A stretch of DNA of 63,957 bases, counting the filler, from Trichomonas gallinae (Eukaryota), in assembly GCA_008369845.1 (NCBI GenBank). It is 9 parts of 9 records of this genome, joined end to end, with 100 filler letters (N's around TTAATTAATTAA, not from the genome) between each part and the next. Parts side by side here need not be neighbours in the genome. Positions count along the whole stretch, not along the records: positions 32,029 to 54,242 come from MRSU01000776.1; positions 54,343 to 58,746 come from MRSU01000777.1; 7 more parts are not named here. One strand, written 5' to 3'. This document shows, piece after piece, positions 46,001 to 55,184 of the stretch. Position 1 is the stretch's first letter. The number at the start of each line of letters is the position of its first letter. A program made the translations under genes and the position numbers. Under the pieces are notes generated by a model. The model was not told where the DNA came from. It saw only the letters and a list, made by a program, of their open reading frames with translations, and did not search any database.

Positions 46001-46558
46001 ATAACAGACTTCATCAAACAACTCCGGATAAAATATCCACTTTCTGCATACATCAGCAATTGAAATTGAAGGCACTTTTGTCAAAGCGACAAAAGTCAAG
46101 TATCTGATCGTGATAAGCTGTTGTTTCTTTAATTCTGTATCTTGGTGCATGACGCAGTAATGTGGAGAAAAAACAGTTTCGAAAAAAACTGGAACTTGTG
46201 AAAAATCCTGAAAACTGAGGTAAAATAGAATAATGTCGTAAGGAATTTTCTCTGTAAATAAGCATAATTTCTTTGATAAACTAGATAAAAATGACTCTTT
46301 GTTAAGTAAATTTGTATCGAAAAATGAATTATATTTAATAAAGAGATTGTTGATGTTTTCGTTGACTAAACATGATGGCGTGATGTCTGGAATGTCAAAA
46401 ACTATATCTTGCTCGGTATCAAGTATAAACGAATCTGTAAATTGAAGATTTGACTGGGCAGACTGTGTTACTTTGAGAATGACAACATGATCCATGAATT
46501 TGAAATCGAGAAAACGCTCGTCATCGTCAAATTCCTGGATAACGTCATCTATGTTCAT
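40052..46558 (-). CDS. Beige/BEACH domain protein (ConA-like, PH, BEACH, WD40-like tail)
   Basis: SNFDYLMHLNIIGGRSFND...YPLFPWVL, LQGGRFDHAARIF, ELIPEFY, ALESDYVSSHLHSWIDLIWG and GQIPPQLF..PHP motifs. Confidence 0.96.
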   Translation of the reverse strand: MNIDDVIQEFDDDERFLDFKFMDHVVILKVTQSAQSNLQFTDSFILDTEQDIVFDIPDITPSCLVNENINNLFIKYNSFFDTNLLNKESFLSSLSKKLCLFTEKIPYDIILFYLSFQDFSQVPVFFETVFSPHYCVMHQDTELKKQQLITIRYLTFVALTKVPSISIADVCRKWIFYPELFDEVCYLLSDRLLETIEDPNEQVKFIRVIREYVMQLISENYEDEEQLIAVKKARKSLLLLLVEVFKIPKLVELAISDNIIISFIVMFILYENTRKLALSLLKGNITKSPTIISQINSIVVTQLRSLNSGRYQMMGDLLQAINFERDVEKFSNLVDEIINLLNQWNPNTDPIEFIHKTIDFFIRINADYKTIRNLQTPLAKIEKADSSILFSLISLLFGFRIDAINPRLPICHVYALNIIYSIFKNSDLIDVLEFSDTLGDFQISNLYQMRESDFDLVLINEIKAKRNGNEEDLSKIPKLFSIVCKIASTVSVPRVVQAFIDLLSPSLENKFISKSHSTILQTLTTLFKGSRVAPYSYVSLSDVNNVPLENNQQYNFSKGVTFTGWLMIDSEIMSKLFRVSNDENNNFNITICKSGVAVNKLMISRNFSPTSWSFVVVSLTPDGILSLAVNNEVLLLDYSLGTSFVLNEVVIGGTNKTSIKMGNMNVFPIDLYPFPCTLLYRQGAKTAVKSYFSCANTKLEQNRKTFAEVFFEFYGAEVLLPLFAHIDFKNQDGSDPDLFLSIFEILSSALLASVEGQQKFFKANGFYIVKHLIMSSSISHINFTLYIVFYDLFCRLLDEDLKGQLFETILSSLDMYLVSSFQDQEKILDHYIHISFLEYKDYFIKFRGFRYYLYSLFSCFNVKTADLSKISVEEIDILRQKILTICYYCALESFSIDDYNFLISCLGVCVDSAKLEIATLFLKLLHSKKDIFPQTLDAWNMFHSVYHAFSSFPEPTFFPLIKIVVLMHKKLANGNLTLSDEMELLIRHFSSSNITDNKIVANVANLMVQDVPELFPMFSFLIHKLHYFEGYDLIRPAKNFVVNYNWCIYSVISAVTLADPEHTKQILKFIAKCSPSEWKKIYEMINCVSLTNKVSPRKFKKYFLLVISDIILNEDVVPNEVVTMILHIFVHLMFFQHSPFFDKMILRYFKQSPFQNSVTINEQIQHYTYDPCNSTWATFGGYFPEFDKLIDSVLSMETNYTFGLKLTEGNEWKDAELALIFLNIIRKYNVSLFIPLGVMAASFLITSNYNDCMDWIKWMQTSQYNESDNANFLQLFSLRLSEYKSSITNIKPTTSLFQSAQLAFEEIISIYSNFFVVFYSECHKNIKNASLMSFKRCDQAMIDNMIDHAIVFRNYVTSFTNLQTSMSSKCETSWNKLWCNLTIVGAPWYVSRENEEIKWKRSPILCGNFCPMKLKRNKHFDDHMMASFARDTGSFKSAEIMLNEYRKKLEMKLAESKQANVLTIKELNDSDDEETTFAHKERQLKTIPCEVHRVTGHFPAKLTFYRTLMRLTYESGKVKEIYYSDISYVFMRLVFQKVTAFEVICVDGHSYFINVFTDPTAVVNMISRHVKHKNTTIQTTLNFATFNDSLPYTKLWCEGKMSNFDYLMHLNIIGGRSFNDAAVYPLFPWVLKDYTSQEIDFKDENIYRDLTKPIGAIDPVRLGELIERLEDMKTFSQSTYLYSSFAVCPLSVYLWLLRLEPFTKLHVDLQGGRFDHAARIFSSINESYRLVTSFINDYRELIPEFYFTTEFLTNSNHFDLGQVSGQNVNDVQLPPWSHDNPSEFVYKMRRALESDYVSSHLHSWIDLIWGVNIRGKNAELHNNIYLPEMYADVWDSITDCDDIRINQIKANQQHVGQIPPQLFFNPHPQKNVFKLNTQRSHHIETLSELELKSSCIYEEDDHIYVFICVNSSIEKFTIDVHQKNIITFKRALTSWMNAIYMKATKDHLFMINDENMLYTNLLRKHILKDVIPSKMCICNQFSVCSVGTHVEVIHKKSTLEVPFYGEDVTCLSASQDFRVFVAGTKNCRLIMCSLFEGTKTRTMSLGDCRPLLTTITPSMGYIVTYANECANHYVFVHDINGNLVKKKKIGMEIFTWYTFSSEKSFDYILFANKRGDLYLFDPFLVDIDEYFIRCAGEISSIHYSVFNRVVIAVLKRGNIEIIPLDLPN

Positions 46559-47580
46559 AAATGTTACAATCTGTCACTTTTATAATCCAATCAATTCTTT
46601 ACAGAAATGTAAGGAAAATAAGTCGGATGCGATCAAAGTCTCATTAACATGCATCCCTTCAACTATATATTCTATATTTAAAAAGATTATATATAATAAT
46701 ACATTATTAATTAATTTATCAATAATCATCATTCAATGAAACAAATACAAGCAATAATAGGATTATATATTGTCATTCAAGAACTTCTAAGCTAGGATTT
46801 GATAGATTATTAAGTGAATATGGGTACCCATATCAATTTCTCAAAACTATTTTGTCATGTAAAATATAATTTGACATGTAAATCAAGCAATACAGTTAAA
46901 GAGCAGGCAAAATAACTTAAATCTTGGGATTTTTGATATAACTCACTGGTAAATATATTTGGAACTCGAAGAAAAGTCTATAGGTAGAATGATGTGCATA
47001 AATAACGTCATTTTGGAGAAAATGAGATAAAATTTTTTCGAAAAATTGACAGGCTTCGAGACCGAATCGGAATTCAGGCAATAAATATGTATGGGATAGC
47101 GAAATACTAAAATAAAATGAGTATCAGCATTTTGAAAATGGTATTCAAATTAATTGCATGGGTTGATTCAAAAAATAATCATTAACTCATGGGGATATTA
47201 GCTTAACTAACTAATGAAAACATAAATAGTCTAAACAGCGGATTGGATTTTTGAGGATGTCCCTGTTGATAAATTATTACATCCCCAACGTAGATCAATA
47301 TTATTAATAACATAAGAAGCATACAAAAATAGCAAAATTAACGAAAATCGTCGATTTTTTTCAGAACGGATAATATTTGTTATACATTAGAAATGTAATA
47401 AAATTATCCAAAATTAATATAAATCTTTTGACCAAAACTAACCACTTTTTTGCCTCAAAAAATAATCATTGTCTGTCTGAGCATTCGTTTATTGAAATGC
47501 CTATAAATAGTATATCATATTTTTAATGAAACAATAATTTGAGTTTTGACAAGAATTGAGAGTACAGAACAAAAATATAA

Positions 47581-47985
47581 ATGAACAAGCACAGACATAG
47601 ACTCTCGTCAGATATGTTCATCAAAGGCCTCTTCGATGAAGCCAGCAGTGAGACCGGTACATGGTCCTCAGCAACTATCCATTATCTCATGTCAAATCAA
47701 AATCGATTCTCAGATTCAGAAGTATCGTATATCATTGATACTGGCTACACATTCGTTGTCAGTCCTGATATATCAATGAGAACCAAATTCAAGATCGCAC
47801 AGCTCTTTAGCCAGCTCTATCACATGCATTTCCCGAACTTCAATAACAAGTTCGAGCAATACATCGACTCAATCAAAGATTATATAGATACTCCTCAAAA
47901 TTCTTACCTTTGGCAACCAACTGTTAGCCTTATCACATCAATAATTTTAAGTATGTCTCTTCACACTGTTTATAAGAAGATATAA
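47581..47985 (+). CDS. Hypothetical protein (134 aa)
   Basis: ATG-initiated ORF that is GC-richer than its flanks; no recognisable motif. Confidence 0.6.
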   Translation: MNKHRHRLSSDMFIKGLFDEASSETGTWSSATIHYLMSNQNRFSDSEVSYIIDTGYTFVVSPDISMRTKFKIAQLFSQLYHMHFPNFNNKFEQYIDSIKDYIDTPQNSYLWQPTVSLITSIILSMSLHTVYKKI

Positions 47986-49426
47986 TCTTTTAATGCTTGT
48001 ATTTTGTTTATTTAACCATGTTTGTATTTAATTTTTCGGAATTAAAATTTGTTTATTTATTTTTTGAATGCAAATTTTATTTCAATAATTTACTTCAAAC
48101 CTCTAACCGTTAGGATTTAATTTTTTGCTGATTTCTGGGCAATACTTCTTACTTACCTCCAATAGCATTATTTAGATAAAATTAAATTAAGTGACTCGTA
48201 TCATTTTATTTTATCAATAAATATGATAGAACAGCTGATATGTAGTATTATTAAATCGGACATAAAAATTTGATAACATCGATTTTTCCCTTCTCTTCTG
48301 AAAATCAAAAAATCAAAAACTATTTGAGAGCTAACGTTGTTATTCATTGTATAAATCCATTTGATAATTTGCTAATCTATTGACTAATAGCAAATATACT
48401 TATGATGCATATAAAAATCATATTCAAAAAAATAATCATTGTATCTGAAATCTGATTTTTCAGTATTAATGTTCTAGTATAAACAATAGTGGATGATGGT
48501 TCTTAATTCTCTTTTTCGGCGTTTTATGAGAAAATTGGTCAGCCAGATTTTTCAATTCTCAATTCCAGATTTTTCATAGCTTTTTACTGAATATCGATAT
48601 ATAACTATATAATAATTCGTTATTTATTATAAATTTAATGAAAAAAAATATTGAACTTATTGTTAATCGAAACATACTCTGCATATTATATCTATTTTAA
48701 TAAACCAAAAATCTTTGATTTTTCGTGATAAAATTAATCTGCGAAAACTCAAAATCACTGTCTAAATTTAGTTTTTCTCATTTAATAGATTCCTTACACA
48801 TATCCCAATCTATATCTCGAGCGGCCTTGCTTTTATTTGTATCTTATTTATTGGAAATCATTGATTGGTGCATATCAATAAAATTAACCTTATTGTAAAA
48901 AAATCAGATAACTTCGATTTTCATAATATAAACATTGCAGTTGCATCACAGGCTCGTACAAACCTTCATTTATAGGTTAAGTAATATTGAAACATCAATA
49001 AATAAAGCTATAATAAGAATACCATAATAGTGAAATGTTAAATTTCAGAATAGTGATCGCAAAACTTCATATTTTGCCACTGAAAATATTTGAGCCAAAC
49101 TATCATTAATAACCATATATGAACCTATATTTTATTTAATCAAATAAATTCCTTTGCTAATAACTGTTATTTATTGTTATTAATTCTATGGTAGCTTCAG
49201 TGCCATCCTAATATTGATCATATACTAATAAAACAATCATTCATTGCTTCAAATTTTCGATCAATACGATCGAAATAATATTATATTGATATAATAGAAA
49301 TTGAAGATATATTTGTATCATACCGATTGTTAATGTACAATTTATTAGAATTATTCTTCGTGAAAATAAGATTTTCAAAAAAAAAAAAGAATTCAAGAAT
49401 ACATATATAGAACAAGTCTATAAGAG

Positions 49427-49966
49427 TTATAAACATGGATTAAAGATCTCTCCAAAAAGATCTTTTCCGTCATTGAATAGTGTAATAAGATCTTCATTTT
49501 TCTTATCAAATATATGTGCAAAGCTATTATCATTGGCAGAATTGATGATCTGTATATCTGGGTCATTCCTCCCCTTTTTAACGTTTTGTGCATTTTTCAA
49601 TTTTGCTTTTTCAATTTTTCTTCTTTCTTTAAGAATTCTACGCTGACGCAACTTGAATCTATTTCTTATTCCATTGGCCGATCTCTTTGGAAAATAATCC
49701 GCTATTCTAGACCATTTTGTTCCAAATTCAACAAAAAGATCATCAAGTAGTTCATCATCGGAATTAGTCCATGGTTCGCTTGATATAGATGGAGATAAAT
49801 AATTATTCCATCTTTCCCTGCATTGTCTTGGAGTTCTATTTTTCATTTCTTGAGCAATCGTCTCCCAGTCCCTTGTTCCTAGCTTATTTATTATATTAAT
49901 GAGCATTTGATCCTCCTCCTGTGAAAACTTGAGTTTAGGTGCAATTCTCTTCGTTTCAGTGTCCAT
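49427..49966 (-). CDS. R2R3 Myb-like DNA-binding protein
   Basis: KFSQEED...DW..IA...RTPRQCRERWNNYLSP...PWT...WSRIA...RSANGIRNRF. Confidence 0.95.
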   Translation of the reverse strand: MDTETKRIAPKLKFSQEEDQMLINIINKLGTRDWETIAQEMKNRTPRQCRERWNNYLSPSISSEPWTNSDDELLDDLFVEFGTKWSRIADYFPKRSANGIRNRFKLRQRRILKERRKIEKAKLKNAQNVKKGRNDPDIQIINSANDNSFAHIFDKKNEDLITLFNDGKDLFGEIFNPCL

Positions 49967-52900
49967 TGAGAAAAATATTTAAATAATTTATTCAATTTGA
50001 TCAGATTCATATTCATCATTAAAGATGAATATGAACGAATTTTTGGAGAAAAAATATTAAAATTTCTTTCAAAAGAGTAAAGAAAATAATGGAGCACGTT
50101 ATTGATCATTTCGAAAATGTTGTACTTTTATTCTATATATGATACTAAGCATTATTTTAAAATTTGATAACTTTTACATTTTGAAATTTTCGATATTTTT
50201 TATATAATATAAGAAGTCGAAAAATAATAATGTGGAACGGATCGTATAACAACCGCAAAACGAAGTCCTCAAAAGTTTAAATTTTGAAATTGACGTTGAA
50301 AAAGTAATCATATCGTTTCTGAGGACCATCATATTCATCGATAGTAAAGGAAAAATATATCATGGTTATTTTATACTCTTTTGTAAAAGTAGACAAAATC
50401 ATAAATCTAATAGGTTTGAAAAATGTTAAAAATAATTAAATATTTGTTAACAATGGATATTAAAGAGTTTAATTTACGATATTTTTTTGTGTTTTGAATG
50501 ATGATATTTTCTTTTCAAACATTAAAATTGTTTCGCCATAAATATTACTAGTAACAAGTTTAGATTATATTTCTATAATTCATAATAAAAATTACATTTG
50601 TTTTAAATGATAAATAATATATTACTGATATAGCTCGTATGTTGAAGTCAAAAATTAAAATCGATGTACTCAAAAGTCGAATCAATTTTCACAATTTTCA
50701 AAGATAGATTTTGAATCCTTTTGTCAAATACTTTCAATGATTTGAATTCTTCGTATTTCTATAGAGTTATTCACAGGAATCAAACTTATGCATTCTCTTC
50801 GGTAATGTGTATCAAGCATTTTTCATGAATCAGGATTGATTAAATTCCCAACTTTTTGCAAAAATCGTAAAATTCAAGTCTCATCAATGTTTTATAAGAA
50901 CATCGTTTTACGAGTGAAATTTGCAGGATATAGGTGCATTTTATACAGGAAGAAGAAATTAAATATTTTTTCAATTTTGGGTACTTATACTGTTGAAATT
51001 TTTTATTATTGCAAATATGTTTTTATTATTTGAACTCTATTGGTTTCAATTTGAAATTTAAAATATTTCAAACATTTTATCTTTTAAATAAGTTAAATAG
51101 GATATAAATGATATTTATCTGCTTGATATAAATGACATTTTTGTTGCAATCAATGGAATTTACAATTTATTTAATAGATGATTCACAAAAAATATCGTGC
51201 ATCGACAAGTTCGTGTTGGAATTATGCACTAATATATCATTCTATTCGAGATTGACTCATATAAATTGCAAAATAATGAATATTTTAGTGAAATAAAATT
51301 TGAAATATTTATCTTTGGAAAAATAAGGCATTGTAATATATTAAATTCCAATAGAGAAACGAATCCATTTAATAAGGAAGTTCATTACAATAGATTAATA
51401 AAAATATTGATATCTAAATTAGATTTCAAAATCAATATCTAGTGTTCGTCGTATCATAATGAAAAGTCGCAAAGATATTTTGAGTAAGCAAAATGAAATT
51501 CTATTTAAAATAATCTTTCCAACTTGTAAATAATGTACCACTCAAGTTGGTTGTTTCTATATTCGGTAATTTTGAGTAATTTTGAAGTTCTAAATATTTT
51601 TTTGAAAATTTTGAACTATTAATAGCATGTTCGGAACTGATATTATAGTTTTACAAATGTTAGTTCATCAATTGGTTATGACTGTTCCCTTAAAATAGCT
51701 GAAGTTGAAAAGATGATATTTATCCTGCAAAGTAATTAATTGATAAAAAGAAAAGTCTAATACGAGAAATGATTAATAATATCTATATAACTGATTTGTA
51801 TAAACGAAAAACTTAAAATTCAATGGTTTATCGTAAGAAGATTTAAAAACAAAAACTTCGTTTATTTGATTATAAATATAGTTTTGAATATGATGAGTAT
51901 AAAATCACTAATGAAAATCAATTTTTGACATCATGTTACAAAAGTCATTATTTCCGGAAATTGTTATGAAAACACCTCCCACCTTCATATTTTCAGGAGT
52001 GAAACAATCAAATTTCTTTTTCAATTGAAAATAAAATCAGAGACATTTTAGAAATTCTCAAAAGTTCATAATATAAAATTTGTTTATTTCTCGCTAATTT
52101 TATTACCATACATGTTTTGAGCAAATAATGTCAGTTATTCAACGTTTTTCTACATTTTTGATTTATTACATATACAAATTTAAGAGGTTTTTTTGACATG
52201 TTCCATCAAATTTAGTTTTCATCGTAATAATTATTAATCATATGTAACGGGAATATATTTTATACGATTTTCAAATTATTTGATTTGGAGTTGAAATTCA
52301 ACTAATGAAATATTACTCAACACTAAAACAACAAGATTTTCATAATTCTGTGAATTATCAAAAGCTCTTCACAAAAGTTATTTCTATCTTTTTTCAATTT
52401 CTCAAGGCTAAGAATGAATTTGCAGTAAATCTTACCCTTTATTAAGTAACATATTGTTAGTATACATCACAATTCCAAGAATCAGTCGTTAATTTATTAT
52501 TCAAAAGCTTTATATTCAGTTTTTACTGCATCATGGACTGCAAAAACTAACAATTCCCACATATTATAATGTGATTCATCACATAAAGCTATAGTTTGTC
52601 GTGCAATTTATTGGAATAATTTATTAATTTTTCCGGTTCTTCCACCAACAACAAGATATCGAATTATTTACATGAATGCAGCTATTATTTAACAGCTTCA
52701 AAATCGATATAATATCTTTATTAAAACCAAGAAAAATAAAGGAAAACGCAAAATATGCATTTAATTCAAGATTTTAAATTTATCCTATCAATATCGTTTT
52801 TATAAAATCTGGTTGCAAAAATAATTTTGGATAAAATCATAAATGATTCAATTTTCGCATTAAATTGTTGTATACTATCCATACTAATATTTAAGGCCAT

Positions 52901-53219
52901 TATTTTTCCTTTTATCCATTATTTTTTATTGTTTCTATCAATTCTTTTAACATTTTAAATTCAAATGATAAAATCATATTGTACACAATGTTTATATTGA
53001 TAATAATTTAAACATTCTGAATCGATTCATATTTGATATTTTTCAAAAATATACGATATGAAGTAACACCAGCCATTGATCAGTGAAAAAGAAAATTACG
53101 GGTAAGAAAGGCAAATATTTACATCAACACACTCATATCATCTGTTTTACAATAAAAAATTACATCGACTTTGCAAAGTCGCTATTGAGCATACAGTATA
53201 CATACACACAATAAATGTA

Positions 53220-53750
53220 TTAAAATCCAATTATCTTTTCGTCATTTTCGCATACTTCTGCATATATCGACAAAAATTCATCGGTAAATACTGCGGATTT
53301 CAGATCTATCTTTTGTGATTGCATTGCTGTATTTGTAAAAACATGTTTCTCAATAGGAGAAGCGCTGTATGCTTTAATTTTTGGTGCCGGCTGGATAAAT
53401 TTCTTTTGCGTTTCTTTTATCAATCGTCTCTGGCGTAGCTTGTATCTGTTTCTTACTCCATTGGCTGATCTGTTATGAAAGTACTTTGCTATTTTTGACC
53501 ATTTTGAACCAAGTTCCATGTACAAACAATCAAGAAGCTTATCTTCGTCTTCTGTCCATGGTTCATCTGTTATTGATGGCGAAAGGTAATTATTCCACCG
53601 TTCTCTGCATTGCCTTGCTGTACGATTCTCCATTTCTTCGGCAATTCCTTCCCAATCTCTTGTACCTAAGCGTTCGATAATTTCGGTCAGTCTATCATCT
53701 TCTTCTTGTGTAAACTTTATCTTGGGTACATAAGGATGATTCTTAAGCAT
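53220..53750 (-). CDS. R2R3 Myb-like DNA-binding protein (paralog of 49427-49966)
   Basis: KFTQEED...RTARQCRERWNNYLSP...PWTEDED...WSKIA...RSANGVRNRY. Confidence 0.95.
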   Translation of the reverse strand: MLKNHPYVPKIKFTQEEDDRLTEIIERLGTRDWEGIAEEMENRTARQCRERWNNYLSPSITDEPWTEDEDKLLDCLYMELGSKWSKIAKYFHNRSANGVRNRYKLRQRRLIKETQKKFIQPAPKIKAYSASPIEKHVFTNTAMQSQKIDLKSAVFTDEFLSIYAEVCENDEKIIGF

Positions 53751-54206
53751 GTCAAAAATAATGATTTAAAATTGAATGTATGTAATGTTTTGTCTTTTTA
53801 TATTTTAAGGCGTCATTGATATATCCTGGAATAGTTATTCGCGATTAAAAATTGAGAACAAAAAAATAAATTGAAAATTCAGAATTTTCAACGTGCACCG
53901 AATATTCAATTCTTCGTGATGCGATTATATGCATCAGTACAACATGAATATTGTTATTATCAAATTTTGAATTTGAGAAATATGCTATCAAAAGCATTTC
54001 ATCAATTTTCTGATAAATTAGATGATGAAGACTAAGCAGGAAATTCCTAGCATTATTCAACCGAAATAAAATTGTTAAGAAAAAAATTGAAGGATTTGCA
54101 TTGAAATATTAATTACGTTTTTATTATTATTATTATTTTAATCCTTCTGTAAGCCGGCTAGCTTTATGCATTTTATGCAGCACCAAATGATTGGAAGTAA
54201 CATTTC

Positions 54207-54242
<36 letters not shown>

Positions 54243-54342
54243 NNNNNNNNNNNNNNNNNNNNNNNNNNNNNNNNNNNNNNNNNNNNTTAATTAATTAANN
54301 NNNNNNNNNNNNNNNNNNNNNNNNNNNNNNNNNNNNNNNNNN

Positions 54343-54465
54343 GGTATGGAAGAAGCTGAATTCCCAGAAGCTCGTGAAGATCTTGCCCTCCTCGAGAAGG
54401 ACTACGACGAAGTCGCTGCCGAATCCGTTGAGGGTGGTGATGAGGAAGAAGATGGCGAAATGTAA
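54343..54465 (+). CDS. TUBA: Alpha-tubulin C-terminal fragment (5'-truncated; missed by the ORF track)
   Basis: Translates as [40 protein letters not shown]. Confidence 0.95.
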   Translation, partial: GMEEAEFPEAREDLALLEKDYDEVAAESVEGGDEEEDGEM

Positions 54466-55184
54466 ACAAGCCTAAACATTCCTTCGAATTTTTAATTTCG
54501 TTTTTTTTTTTTTTTATTTTTGACAACATCAAAATTCATTGAAATTAAGGGACCATTCTAACCGTTTTTGTAAACTTTTCCAAAACTCGATATCTACAAT
54601 ATATTTTGCAAATCCTAAGCGACAATATATTGCATTAATGTATATATATATCATATGACTCATAAAAAACAAGTATCAGAAAAATATTTCTGAAGATATT
54701 CATGGATTTATAAATTTAGAAAGGTGACAAATTTGATAACTTCATAGAATCAAATGATAGTTTACAAAACAGTAAGAACGTCCCTTAACAATCATCTATC
54801 TTATGGATCACTTTCGAACTTTGAATCTACAATATTGTCAAGCTAAAAGGATCATATGCAAAATCGTGCATTCATGGTTTCTTATCTATCAGTGGATTTT
54901 CAAGAAAATAAGAAAAATTTCTGATTTAGTTTACATGACAAATAGACAAATTTATAAAATTTCTGTTATTTTATAATTTAGAAAAGTATCCAAGAATTAA
55001 AACTAATTTATCAAACAAATCGATTTACTACAAATCGCATAAATTAATTTTTGACTATTTAAAATTTACATGACAAAATTGAATAATGTTTTTTTTTTTA
55101 CGTATTCGCTTATTGATTTTGGTATGTTATTGAGTTATGATAATTCAGTTATCATTCAAATAACAAAAATTACAAAATTTTGTT

